From NCBI GenBank assembly GCA_030646565.1, contig JAUSLA010000024.1:1-42827 (forward strand): 42,827 bases of DNA, in the 5' to 3' direction. Origin of the DNA: a bacterium. Lineage in GTDB: Bacteria > Patescibacteriota > Minisyncoccia > Minisyncoccales > RBG-13-42-11. The notes under the pieces were generated by a model, which had not been told where the DNA came from, made no database searches, and was given only the letters and a program-made list of their open reading frames with translations. Positions 25,413 through 33,588 of the stretch are shown here, piece after piece; the first letter of the stretch is position 1, and every line of letters starts with the position of its first letter. The translations under genes were made by a program, and so were the position numbers.

Positions 25413-25446
25413 AACAGAAAGCCCGCCGAAGCTAAGTTTGGCGGGC
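25413..25446 (-). terminator. intrinsic terminator after the hicB/hicA remnant
   Basis: Minus strand: GCCCGCC-AAACTTAGCTTC-GGCGGGC followed by TTTCTGTT. Confidence 0.6.
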
Positions 25447-25458
25447 CTGGCAGGACAC

Positions 25459-25588
25459 CTAAATTCTGTTTAAAAATTCTTCTATATCTACTTCTGCCAA
25501 ATCTAACACTCCTTTTAAGGTACCGAGAGCTAATTCTTTATGGAGAGGAACTTATGACTTCTTTTGCAGAGCACGTCCTTTTAGACAT
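25459..25588 (-). pseudogene. decayed hicA-like toxin gene
   Basis: An ATG overlapping the hicB stop gives MSKRTCSAKEVISSSP*. A different frame gives ELALGTLKGVLDLAEVDIEEFLNRI*. These are HicA-like termini; the central GSH/beta-sheet region is missing. Confidence 0.5.
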
Positions 25589-25799
25589 GCTCTAATTCAA
25601 GACTGGTAATCAAAGGCGCCTTTTTCGAAAGATATTTCTTAGTTTTAGGTTGGCCATCTAAATAAAGCTCAACGGCTTCCTTAAGATTTTTCTGCGCTTG
25701 TTCTATGGTTTTTCCTTGGCTAACTACGCCTAATTCTAAACAACGAGCCACAAACCATTTATCATCTTGGTTTATAATTGTAGTAAATTTATAAGTCAT
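25581..25799 (-). CDS. hicB: HicB-family (UPF0150) antitoxin
   Basis: MTYKFTTIINQDDKWFVARCLELGVVSQGKTIEQAQKNLKEAVELYL. Confidence 0.8.
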   Translation of the reverse strand: MTYKFTTIINQDDKWFVARCLELGVVSQGKTIEQAQKNLKEAVELYLDGQPKTKKYLSKKAPLITSLELEHV

Positions 25800-25844
25800 A
25801 CAATATTAGCATAACAAATAGACACATTGTGTCAACCTCATTTT

Positions 25845-25980
25845 CACGTCGAAGAACACATCCGTGTTCTTCTACCGAACTTTCGCGTAGCGAAAGTGAA
25901 GGTTCAAGAAGAGAACACAGTTCTCTTCGCCCCCACCCTTCGCCTGTGGGCTCGAGTTTGTAAAGCAAACCCCGACAAAA
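25845..25980. repeat. mosaic hairpin repeat locus (R8)
   Basis: GAAGAACAC-ATCC-GTGTTCTTC, CTTTCGC-GTA-GCGAAAG, GAAGAGAAC-ACA-GTTCTCTTC, and the cacccttcgcctgtgggctcgag tail. Confidence 0.8.
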
Positions 25981-26059
25981 TTACATTAAACGGGAAACTA
26001 AAAAACCTCGAAGAAAATCCGAGGGAGAAATCCGAATTGTTTTATCGTTTAAATTAAGT

Positions 26060-26269
26060 TTATTTTATAGCCAAGGCTTCTTCAAGACGATGTATGCGTT
26101 TTTCCAAAAACTCTATTTTCTGGGCATGTTGTTTCAAGATAAAATTTTCTATTCTATCAAGACGAATATTAACCCCTTTAAAACCTTTCTCAATTTTTTT
26201 ATCAGTGCCATCAAATCCTTTTTCTACCATTATCGCCAAATCTTCAATTGTGATATTATTTTTTTTCAT
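26060..26269 (-). CDS. small coiled-coil hypothetical protein
   Basis: 69 aa. A TTGACA-16-TAAAAT promoter lies upstream. No motif recognised. Confidence 0.45.
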   Translation of the reverse strand: MKKNNITIEDLAIMVEKGFDGTDKKIEKGFKGVNIRLDRIENFILKQHAQKIEFLEKRIHRLEEALAIK

Positions 26270-26316
26270 AGTTTTTCTAATTATATTTTAACTTTTCTAA
26301 AAACCTTGTCAAATCC

Positions 26317-26338
26317 TGACAAAACTTATCCACAAGCC
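26317..26338. promoter_or_regulatory. 22-nt DnaA-box-containing motif (copy 3)
   Basis: TGACAAAACTTATCCACAAGCC, adjacent to the -35 of the 26060..26269 promoter. Confidence 0.5.
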
Positions 26339-26363
26339 CCCACACCTACATTAGGTGTGGGGG
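26337..26363. repeat. 27-nt perfect palindrome, flipped copy
   Basis: CCCCCACACCTA-CAT-TAGGTGTGGGGG is the exact reverse complement of 25139-25165, within identically oriented flanks. Confidence 0.85.
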
Positions 26364-26500
26364 CAAGCCGTTTTTGCATTTCTCATAATTCTAAAAGCAT
26401 TATTATTTCATCGATTGAATAAATTTTTGCTAAATTTTACTTAAAACTTAGTATTTAGTACAATTAAAACAGATTAAGAGTTGCTGTTTTTGAAAGTTTT

Positions 26501-27058
26501 ATGAAATTAAAAGTCGGTATAATCGGGCCAACAAATATAAAAAAATTAAGCAAGCTTACAAAAAAGCCGACGGGTTTTTTTCTTCAGAAAACCAAAGAAA
26601 TAGGCAATCTTCTCGCAGAAATTGGATGCGAATTATGGATTAACAGCGATAAAGGCATGGCAAGCAGAATCGGAAATGCCTATAAAAAAAATGGGGGCGA
26701 AAAATTGGTTGTCCTTTATCCCGTCAAAGGTGAACCATGGCCTAACGCGCACGCAAAGCCCTATATAAAATATGCCGATGAAATTAGAAAAGAACCAAAC
26801 TGGTTTTGGACAAATTATAATGTAACCGCCTTACCGGATATATGTATTTGCGTGGGATTAAGCGCCGGAACCCTAAGTGAATTGGCATATATTAAATGGA
26901 ATTATAAATTAAAACGAGGCAATTTAAAGAAGTTAATTGCCATAAAAGAACTGTTAAGGGGCAGGAAAATCCCGCCGGAAATCGAAGTGGAGATTAAAAA
27001 AATTTTGGTATATGTCGATAACGTTAGGGAATTAAGACAATTTTTTAAAAATCGGTAG
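26501..27058 (+). CDS. LOG/TIGR00725-like (SLOG Rossmann) protein
   Basis: KVGIIGPTN..., LWINSDKGMASRIGNAY and VGLSAGTLSELAY resemble the GGxGxM...PGGxGTxxE layout of LOG-like proteins. Confidence 0.5.
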   Translation: MKLKVGIIGPTNIKKLSKLTKKPTGFFLQKTKEIGNLLAEIGCELWINSDKGMASRIGNAYKKNGGEKLVVLYPVKGEPWPNAHAKPYIKYADEIRKEPNWFWTNYNVTALPDICICVGLSAGTLSELAYIKWNYKLKRGNLKKLIAIKELLRGRKIPPEIEVEIKKILVYVDNVRELRQFFKNR

Positions 27059-27211
27059 CGATGAGGACTTCGCCTCATCTTCACTCTTCGCTTCGCTTGG
27101 GTAGGGGACGAGGACTGCGTCCTCGTCTTCAGCTACCCGAGTCTCGTGAAACGAGACGAAGGGTGGAGAAGAACGAAGTTCTTCGACTCGTCCCGCTTTG
27201 CGGGACTCGGT
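27057..27211. repeat. mosaic hairpin repeat locus (R9)
   Basis: GATGAGG-ACTTCG-CCTCATC, cactcttcgcttcgcttggg, GACGAGGAC-TGC-GTCCTCGTC, GTCTCG-TGAAA-CGAGAC, GAAGAAC-GAA-GTTCTTC and GTCCCGC-TTT-GCGGGAC. Confidence 0.85.
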
Positions 27212-27213
27212 AT

Positions 27214-27423
27214 ATGAAAAGTATTCTCAAATTTTTAATAGAAGCTGGGCGACTAAAAAACGTCAAAAGAAAAGGGATAACTTTTTATGGCGTAAAGAAT
27301 CCCCACTCTGCCTTGGTGGGAACACGCCGACGAAGTTATAGACGACCCATTATTGCTGAAATTTTTAAAAGAAATCGAAAAAGAGGAGTTAAAAAAATAG
27401 GGGGAATGCAAGTGATATTATAA
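27214..27423 (+). pseudogene. HD-domain (HD_3/YfbR-like phosphohydrolase) remnant with an internal deletion
   Basis: MKSILKFLIEAGRLKNVKRKGITFYGVKNP matches the HD_3 N-terminus. After a frame change, WWEHADEVIDDPLLLKFLKEIEKEELKK* looks like the C-terminus. The catalytic HD core is absent. Confidence 0.5.
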
Positions 27424-27430
27424 TTTTGAT

Positions 27431-27946
27431 ATGTATTTCTTAATCCCTATCTTAATTTTAATAATTTTAACATTCACAGGCGCTTTTTTCGCGGCAGTTT
27501 GGCTACCCACAAAAAAAGAGGACTTTGATCGAATAACGAAATTAGCGGGATTACGACCCGGTATGTTATTTTATGATCTAGGCAGCGGCGATGGAGAATT
27601 ATTATTTTATTTATCAAAAAAGTATAACGTAAACTGTGTGGGAATAGAAATTTCTCCGCTTTTATTTTTATATTCAAAAATCAAGTCTTTATTTTATAAA
27701 AATGTAAAAATTTATTACGGCGATTTCTACAAATACGACCTCTCAAAAGCCGATATAGTCTATATCTTTTTATTGCCGAAAAGTTACGCGAGATTAAGAA
27801 AAAAACTTGAGACAGAATTAAGAAAAGACGTAAAAATAATATTGTCCTCTTGGCCCTTTGAAGATTGCGAACCAAATCAAATAGACAAAAAAGAAAAAGC
27901 ATTTACTTATTATTCATATATCACAAAAGAAAATGGTTACCTATGA
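27431..27946 (+). CDS. small class I SAM-dependent methyltransferase with an N-terminal TM segment
   Basis: FYDLGSGDGELLFYL (motif I) and CVGIEISP. Confidence 0.7.
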   Translation: MYFLIPILILIILTFTGAFFAAVWLPTKKEDFDRITKLAGLRPGMLFYDLGSGDGELLFYLSKKYNVNCVGIEISPLLFLYSKIKSLFYKNVKIYYGDFYKYDLSKADIVYIFLLPKSYARLRKKLETELRKDVKIILSSWPFEDCEPNQIDKKEKAFTYYSYITKENGYL

Positions 27947-27982
27947 ATTTGGCAGCTGTTTTTTAAAGAAACTGAATTCCTT

Positions 27983-29311
27983 TTATAAATATCGCTTCAG
28001 CCATTTTACGGTCTGTTGAATCAATTTTTCCTGTGATTGAAAATCCTCAAATTTGTGATTCGTTTTTGATAAAACAATCAAAGATATGTTTCTGTAGCGT
28101 TTTTTTAACTCATAAGACAATTCCAAAGGAACATCTTTGTCTTCTTTGCCGTGGATTATTAAAATCGGCGATCTTAATTTGGAAAGAATGCGAGAATAGT
28201 CTTTATTTTTATTTTCGAGATAATAATCCCTGCCAATTTCTTTTCCTCCTTTATATATTACGCCATTAGAGTTAATCTCTTTTCTATCTTCCATGGTATA
28301 CCATTTTTTTAACAATTCTTTTTGATTAAATGCCTGACTCCAAAAAACCAATGTTTTGACCGGTATTTTATATTGACTTAAAAACTGGCTTACCGCTACG
28401 CTTCCCAAGCTTGCAGCCACAAAAGCTAATCTTGTTAAATCTACATCAACCTCTTTTTGAATGGCTTTGAACGCCGAATTTAAATCGGCGGCTTCATTTT
28501 TCACCGTTATCTCGCTTGGTTCGCCTTCGGAATCGCCGCACCCTTCAAAATCAAATCTGAAAGCGCAGATTCCTTCTCTCTGAAGAACTCTGGCCAGTTT
28601 TACAAACTTTCTGTCTGTTTTACTGTTTTGAAAACCGTGGCAGATTATTACTAGAGGCGGTTTTTGTTTTTCCGGTAGATGCAGAACTCCCGCCAACTCT
28701 TTTCCCCTCTCATTTTTAAAAGTGATTGGGATTTCTCTTCTTGGTTTTTCATTTTTTCTCTCAATTTCTTCAATAACTCTTTCCACCAGCTTTTTGGGAT
28801 TTTTATCTTTTACAATAATGGCTTTGATTTCTTTACCGGTTCCGCCCTTTAAATCGGCTTCAATTTTTAAAATTTTCTCTACGATGCTCCCCAGTCCTTC
28901 CAGTATTCCAATTACTTTATCTTCATGATAAGCGATTGAAAATTCATTTAATGCGCCTATGCCGCCGCCAATAAAGATTGCCCCATCGCATTCCGTAATT
29001 GACAAGGCGTTGCGGCCAATTTTCCCTTGGCCTGTAAAAATCAACTCTGTATCGTTAGGGGGGTAAGGATAAGAAATGGGAGGTTCCAAATGTTCTCTTA
29101 AATTTTTAGCGGGTGAATAGCCAAAAACAAAACCGCCTTGTTTTGAAGCGGCTTTAGCGGCAATATCTGCCACGCCCATGCAAGCGCCGGTTACTAAAAT
29201 ACAATTTTTTTTAGCGATTTCTTTGCCAATAATTTCCGCGGCTTTCATTATTTTATCTGGCAATCCCCTGCTCCGGCCGGCTTTTCCCATTACTCCGATT
29301 TTATATCTCAT
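27983..29311 (-). CDS. TIGR00725/LOG-like domain fused to an alpha/beta hydrolase
   Basis: N-terminus: IGVMGKAGRS...ILVTGACMGVADIAAKAA...FIGGGIGALNEF. C-terminus: VIICHGFQ, AASLGS (nucleophile elbow), IIHGKEDKDVP and NHKF. Confidence 0.7.
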   Translation of the reverse strand: MRYKIGVMGKAGRSRGLPDKIMKAAEIIGKEIAKKNCILVTGACMGVADIAAKAASKQGGFVFGYSPAKNLREHLEPPISYPYPPNDTELIFTGQGKIGRNALSITECDGAIFIGGGIGALNEFSIAYHEDKVIGILEGLGSIVEKILKIEADLKGGTGKEIKAIIVKDKNPKKLVERVIEEIERKNEKPRREIPITFKNERGKELAGVLHLPEKQKPPLVIICHGFQNSKTDRKFVKLARVLQREGICAFRFDFEGCGDSEGEPSEITVKNEAADLNSAFKAIQKEVDVDLTRLAFVAASLGSVAVSQFLSQYKIPVKTLVFWSQAFNQKELLKKWYTMEDRKEINSNGVIYKGGKEIGRDYYLENKNKDYSRILSKLRSPILIIHGKEDKDVPLELSYELKKRYRNISLIVLSKTNHKFEDFQSQEKLIQQTVKWLKRYL

Positions 29312-29340
29312 TCTTATTTTACTTAATTTAAAATTTTTTT

Positions 29341-29973
29341 CTAAAGAGAAAGAAATTGAGCCAAATTTTTATTATCTCTGATCGCTTCGATTACATCGTC
29401 AATTGTTTCCCTTCCGACGTCAAATCCTACAAAAAAATTTGTTTCATTCGCTATGGGTAAATTGACTACTGTCGCTCTTCCAATTCCCATTATTTTTTCT
29501 TTTACCAAGCTATATTCAATTATTTTTTCTTTTAAAATTTCAGCTTTTACAAACCGGTCAACTTTTTTCTTCAATCTGCCGCTCGCTATATTATTTTGAA
29601 ACTCCAAATGGCTGCCTTCGGCAAAATCAAACCCTAAAATCTCTTTTGAAATATCCATCATAAATTGAGGATCTGAACTTAAAACGCCTATCAGAAAACC
29701 TTGGCTTTTTAACTCCAATAGAAACTCCTTCATTCCTTTTATTATGTTCTTTCGGCAATATTCAAAAGCAGCTCCTTTTAGTTCGTCTTCGGAAAACCCC
29801 TGATATAATTCGGCTAATTCTTCCAACCCAAAAGGACCAAGAAGTTTTCTTATTTGATATTCTCTATCTATTTTTCTTACTTCGTTTTCTCTGCCCAAAA
29901 AAACCAGCAAATCTTTAATACCTCCCATTTCGCTGTTAAACAATGAGGTAAAAACTACTAACTTTTGCGCCAT
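29341..29973 (-). CDS. HAD-fold-like protein with degenerate motif I
   Basis: Length and GFLIGVLSSDP / GIGRATV blocks look HAD-like, but VVFTSLFNS replaces DxDxT. Confidence 0.35.
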   Translation of the reverse strand: MAQKLVVFTSLFNSEMGGIKDLLVFLGRENEVRKIDREYQIRKLLGPFGLEELAELYQGFSEDELKGAAFEYCRKNIIKGMKEFLLELKSQGFLIGVLSSDPQFMMDISKEILGFDFAEGSHLEFQNNIASGRLKKKVDRFVKAEILKEKIIEYSLVKEKIMGIGRATVVNLPIANETNFFVGFDVGRETIDDVIEAIRDNKNLAQFLSL

Positions 29974-30067
29974 AAATTAATACTTGATAAGTATTTTTAG
30001 CCTACCATTTTAAGACTCCCTGTCAATTTATGATTTTTTACAATAAAAAAAGCAAATCATTTAAAGC

Positions 30068-30739
30068 TTATATTATAATATCTAACAGTTTTTTTAATTC
30101 TGAAATATCTTTAATAACGTAATCGGCTACTCCTGTTTTATTTCTCCTATTTATTAGTATTGTTTTTATACCGATTTTTTTGGCCGGAATAATATCCGTC
30201 TCTTCCTGGTCTCCAATCGCGATACAATATTCTGGTTTTATGTTTAATACCTTGATAATTTTATTGAATGCATTGCCAAATTCTTTACGGATATTTCCTT
30301 CGCCTGAAAATATATTATTATCGGTAAAAATATTTTCTATTTTTAATTCTTTTAATACATTCTTTATCCATACTCTTGGCGCATCAGAAACCAACGCCAG
30401 ATCAAAATTATTTTTAATCTTAAGAAGTTTGGTTCTTAACCCAAGATTAATTTTGATGTATTTTTGGGCTGAAATATTCCAAGTCGCGTTAAAATAAGCA
30501 TATCGGTCAATCTTAAACTTTTCTTCTAAACCAATACTTATACTCTCGTCATATTCCTTTATTATCTTTTTTAATATTAACTTTGCCTCTCTTTTAGTTT
30601 TATTTAATTTATCTATAATGTATTGTTCGGTATTTTTCAAAACCTCTTTATAAATTCCGGAGCGCTTAAAAGAGCCTCCTTTAAGCTTATATAACGTCCC
30701 GTCTAAATCAAAAATAATTAATTTTTTACGGTTTTCCAT
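30068..30739 (-). CDS. HAD-superfamily phosphatase (nucleotidase-like)
   Basis: LIIFDLDGTLY (motif I), LVSDAP and AIGDQEETDIIPAKKIG (motif IV). Confidence 0.8.
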   Translation of the reverse strand: MENRKKLIIFDLDGTLYKLKGGSFKRSGIYKEVLKNTEQYIIDKLNKTKREAKLILKKIIKEYDESISIGLEEKFKIDRYAYFNATWNISAQKYIKINLGLRTKLLKIKNNFDLALVSDAPRVWIKNVLKELKIENIFTDNNIFSGEGNIRKEFGNAFNKIIKVLNIKPEYCIAIGDQEETDIIPAKKIGIKTILINRRNKTGVADYVIKDISELKKLLDIII

Positions 30740-30767
30740 ACTCTGGCGGCTTCAATATTTTTAAAAA

Positions 30768-30795
30768 GGCGATGAGAACGAAGTCCTTATCGCCC
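30768..30795. repeat. single hairpin unit (R10, degenerate)
   Basis: GGCGATGAGAAC-GAA-GTCCTTATCGCC. It overlaps the BtpA stop codon. Confidence 0.55.
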
Positions 30796-31611
30796 TATTC
30801 GGTCAATAAAATTTTTAACTTTTTCTTTACTAATTCTCTGCTTCCAAGTTTTTATATTAACTTCATTGTTTTTAGATGCGCCCTCTTTAAGAGAAGTGCT
30901 TACTATCGCGCCGTTCGCGTATTTTAATAATTCGCTGATATTTTCTTTATCAGCGCCGCTTCCAACCAGTAATGGAAAATCAGCCACAGCTTTTCTGACT
31001 GCAACCAGATTTCTTAAATCCGGAGCGTCACCCGTCCATTTTCCGGTTAGAATTAGGGAATCGGCGCCGCTTTTAATCGCTTCAAGCGCAGATTTCTCAA
31101 TTGGTCTCTTATTTAAAAGCTGGGCATGCTTAACTTGAATATCGACTAATAAAATAATATTTCCAGCTTTTATTTTTTCTTGAAACTCCTTAACTTTTTC
31201 TGGATTGCCATTTATAATACCGTAATTAGTTTTTACTCTATCAACAAACACCGGTATCCTAATAAACCTTGCTCCTATTGTTTTAGCTATAGATAAAGCG
31301 GCTCTAAAATCATTCCATAGAACGCTTACGCCAATAGGCAGGTTAGTTTCTTTTTTGATTTTTTCACCCAAAAAAGTCATAATTGCGACCGTTTCAGGAC
31401 CGACTTTTTCTGTATGGGGAATATCGTAATTATTCTCAAAAATTATTCCGTCCACTCCCCCGCTTTCAAAAGCCTTTAAATCTTTTAAAGCGTTATTTAA
31501 TGAAACCTTAAAACCGGGAAATTCAGGGTATCCCAAAAGCGGCGGAAAATGAATTGCGCCAATAATAATTCCGCTTTTTTTCTTAAAAATTTTATAAAAT
31601 TTATTTTGCAT
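30787..31611 (-). CDS. BtpA/SgcQ-family TIM-barrel protein
   Basis: IIGAIHFPPLLGYP, GGVDGIIFENNYD, IGARFIRI, VDIQVKHA and VGSGA...NGAIVSTSLK track BtpA-family blocks. Confidence 0.8.
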   Translation of the reverse strand: MQNKFYKIFKKKSGIIIGAIHFPPLLGYPEFPGFKVSLNNALKDLKAFESGGVDGIIFENNYDIPHTEKVGPETVAIMTFLGEKIKKETNLPIGVSVLWNDFRAALSIAKTIGARFIRIPVFVDRVKTNYGIINGNPEKVKEFQEKIKAGNIILLVDIQVKHAQLLNKRPIEKSALEAIKSGADSLILTGKWTGDAPDLRNLVAVRKAVADFPLLVGSGADKENISELLKYANGAIVSTSLKEGASKNNEVNIKTWKQRISKEKVKNFIDRIGR

Positions 31612-32308
31612 GCTGTGTTAAAAAATTCGCGGCCTCATTGGTAGCGGTTTTTCCGGCTATTTCAATATCTCCGTTAGTTCTAATAAAACTTAAAACAAAG
31701 TTAGCAAAAAAAGTATCCCCTACTCCGATTGTATTATGAACCTTAACTATTTTCGCAGGCTTAAAAACAAATTTTTTATTTTTATAGTAAATTATCGAAC
31801 CGCTTCTCCCCTTGGTTATTATCAAACATTTCTTCTTTTGTTTTTTCATCATATCTCTGGGAATATATTTTAGTTCTTCTTTAGTTCCTTTAAGGCAGAA
31901 AAGTGAGGATATTATTTCTTTAGATGGTTTCCATTGTTTTTTCTTGCCAAACTTTTTTATATCGCGGACATAGCCCTGAATATCCAAAAATATTTTTCCT
32001 TGAAATTTAAAAATACCGCTTAAGTCAAATTCTTTATAGATTGTGGATATTAAAAGAAAATGTGTTTTAATTTTTTCGAAATTTGTTTTTTTTGGTTTTG
32101 GAATTTTTCTAACGCGGCCGATTTCACCTTTTTTAGTCAGTAAAATTTCTACTTTCACGCTTGGACCAGAAATAAGTTTAAATAAGACATTTTCTTTTCT
32201 AAAAACATTTGTAAGATATAAAGCCGGCCCGCCCTTTTGAATGGAAATAATCTTTCCTTTCTCGTTCAATATTTTATCTGTACTAAAAGAGGAGCAAACG
32301 GTAATCAT
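31601..32308 (-). CDS. short PfkB-family sugar/nucleoside kinase
   Basis: C-terminal NTIGVGDTFFANF (DTxGAGD-type motif). 235 aa. Confidence 0.7.
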   Translation of the reverse strand: MITVCSSFSTDKILNEKGKIISIQKGGPALYLTNVFRKENVLFKLISGPSVKVEILLTKKGEIGRVRKIPKPKKTNFEKIKTHFLLISTIYKEFDLSGIFKFQGKIFLDIQGYVRDIKKFGKKKQWKPSKEIISSLFCLKGTKEELKYIPRDMMKKQKKKCLIITKGRSGSIIYYKNKKFVFKPAKIVKVHNTIGVGDTFFANFVLSFIRTNGDIEIAGKTATNEAANFLTQHAK

Positions 32309-33447
32309 AGTTTTTCATTAATGCTCTTTACGATTGCTTTTAATAGTTTTGAGTACCTTTTAATATCTCTAATTTTAATTATTTCTTTTTTAGGATCCAT
32401 GTGAGATAATTTGGGATTTCCAGGTCCTAATATTATAGTGGGGATATTTTTCATATTCATCAAAGAAGTTTCGGTAAAAAATGTGGTGGTTGATTCTTTA
32501 TATTTAATATTTGCATCCTTGAACGATTTTTTAATTATCTTTTTAATCTCTTGGGGAACGTTTGATTTAGTCGGATTAAAACCAAAGGATTTAATTTTTA
32601 TGCCCTCTTCTTTATGAATTTTCGAAGAAACTATTTTATTAAAAAGTTTTTTGTATATCATGTTCGGTTTTACTGTTCGCAAATTAAAACTCATTCTGAA
32701 AAATTCCGGCATCTGATTATCCTTAACGCCAGAATTTATTGTAGTTATAGCTCCGATTGTTTGACCTAAATTTTTATCTTTAATTTTTCTTGATTTATCC
32801 AAAAACTCAATAATAAACTGGATAACCGGAGCCATTTCTTCGATAAGTAAATTTTTTCCGGGATAGGCGCTATGTTTTTCTTCTCCCTTTTTCTCTAAGA
32901 CATACCCCAAAACTCCTCGAAAAAAAGTCTGAACTTCGAAATTGCTTGGTTCTCCGTTTATGGCTAACAAAACTGGAAATTTAGCATTAAGCTTTAAAAA
33001 ATTTTTTATTCCCGCAAAAGAATTGGCCTCTTCATCACCGGTTATCAAAAGAGCGGGAGGATATTTCAAAACGCTTGAATCTTTATAAAGAGAGATAAAA
33101 GCATTTATCATGCCGGCCAAAGCTCCTTTCATATCTACCGCCCCTCTGCCACTTATCGTTTTTGAATTTATTTTCGGCTTGGAGAAATTTGCGCTAGGCA
33201 CTGTATCAATATGCCCCTGGAATAAAACAAAAGGTCCTTTTAATTTAGGATTAAACGCTATTAAATTGGCGTGATTATTTTTTTTTACAACAGGATAAAT
33301 TTGTAATATATGATTAATGCCTCTCTTTCGCAAGAACAAAGAAACCTCCTTTAGGCAGGGAATAATATTTTGACTGGGTTTTTCATCAGTATTATCCGTA
33401 AGGTATTTGAATAGTATATTTAGTAATTTTATAACGTTATTTCGCAT
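32305..33447 (-). CDS. M20-family metallohydrolase (ArgE/DapE-like)
   Basis: FQGHIDTVP, GRGAVDMKGALAGMI and ITGDEEANSF. Confidence 0.8.
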   Translation of the reverse strand: MRNNVIKLLNILFKYLTDNTDEKPSQNIIPCLKEVSLFLRKRGINHILQIYPVVKKNNHANLIAFNPKLKGPFVLFQGHIDTVPSANFSKPKINSKTISGRGAVDMKGALAGMINAFISLYKDSSVLKYPPALLITGDEEANSFAGIKNFLKLNAKFPVLLAINGEPSNFEVQTFFRGVLGYVLEKKGEEKHSAYPGKNLLIEEMAPVIQFIIEFLDKSRKIKDKNLGQTIGAITTINSGVKDNQMPEFFRMSFNLRTVKPNMIYKKLFNKIVSSKIHKEEGIKIKSFGFNPTKSNVPQEIKKIIKKSFKDANIKYKESTTTFFTETSLMNMKNIPTIILGPGNPKLSHMDPKKEIIKIRDIKRYSKLLKAIVKSINEKL

Positions 33448-33457
33448 AATTTGCTTT

Positions 33458-33492
33458 ATAAAAAATGAGGGGCCTTCTGTTCAAAGGCCCCC
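33458..33492 (-). terminator. intrinsic terminator between the HAD and M20 genes
   Basis: Minus strand: GGGGCCTT-TGAACAG-AAGGCCCC followed by TCATTTTTTAT. Confidence 0.65.
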
Positions 33493-33588
33493 TTTTGACG
33501 GCTTTATATCGGGTCTTCGCCCAATAACAGATATTACTATTTCAGATTATCAATGGTTTTCAATCTCATATCTGCTTTAATTCCGCCT

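Noticed and set aside
25827-26057. ORF 25827..26057 (+)
   Set aside because: It is entirely composed of mosaic hairpin repeat R8 and its tail, with no SD.
12383-26338. Replication origin, suggested by three perfect DnaA boxes (plus one inside the dCMP deaminase gene at 1249-1257)
   Set aside because: The boxes are 1.2-13 kb apart rather than clustered. All three intergenic ones belong to one repeated 22-nt motif. There is no adjacent AT-rich unwinding element with multiple boxes, and no dnaA or dnaN.
27061-27213. 5' part of ORF 27061..27423
   Set aside because: These codons are repeat R9 (RLGRGRGLRPRLQLPESRETRRR...). Only the part from 27214 resembles a real, decayed HD-domain gene.
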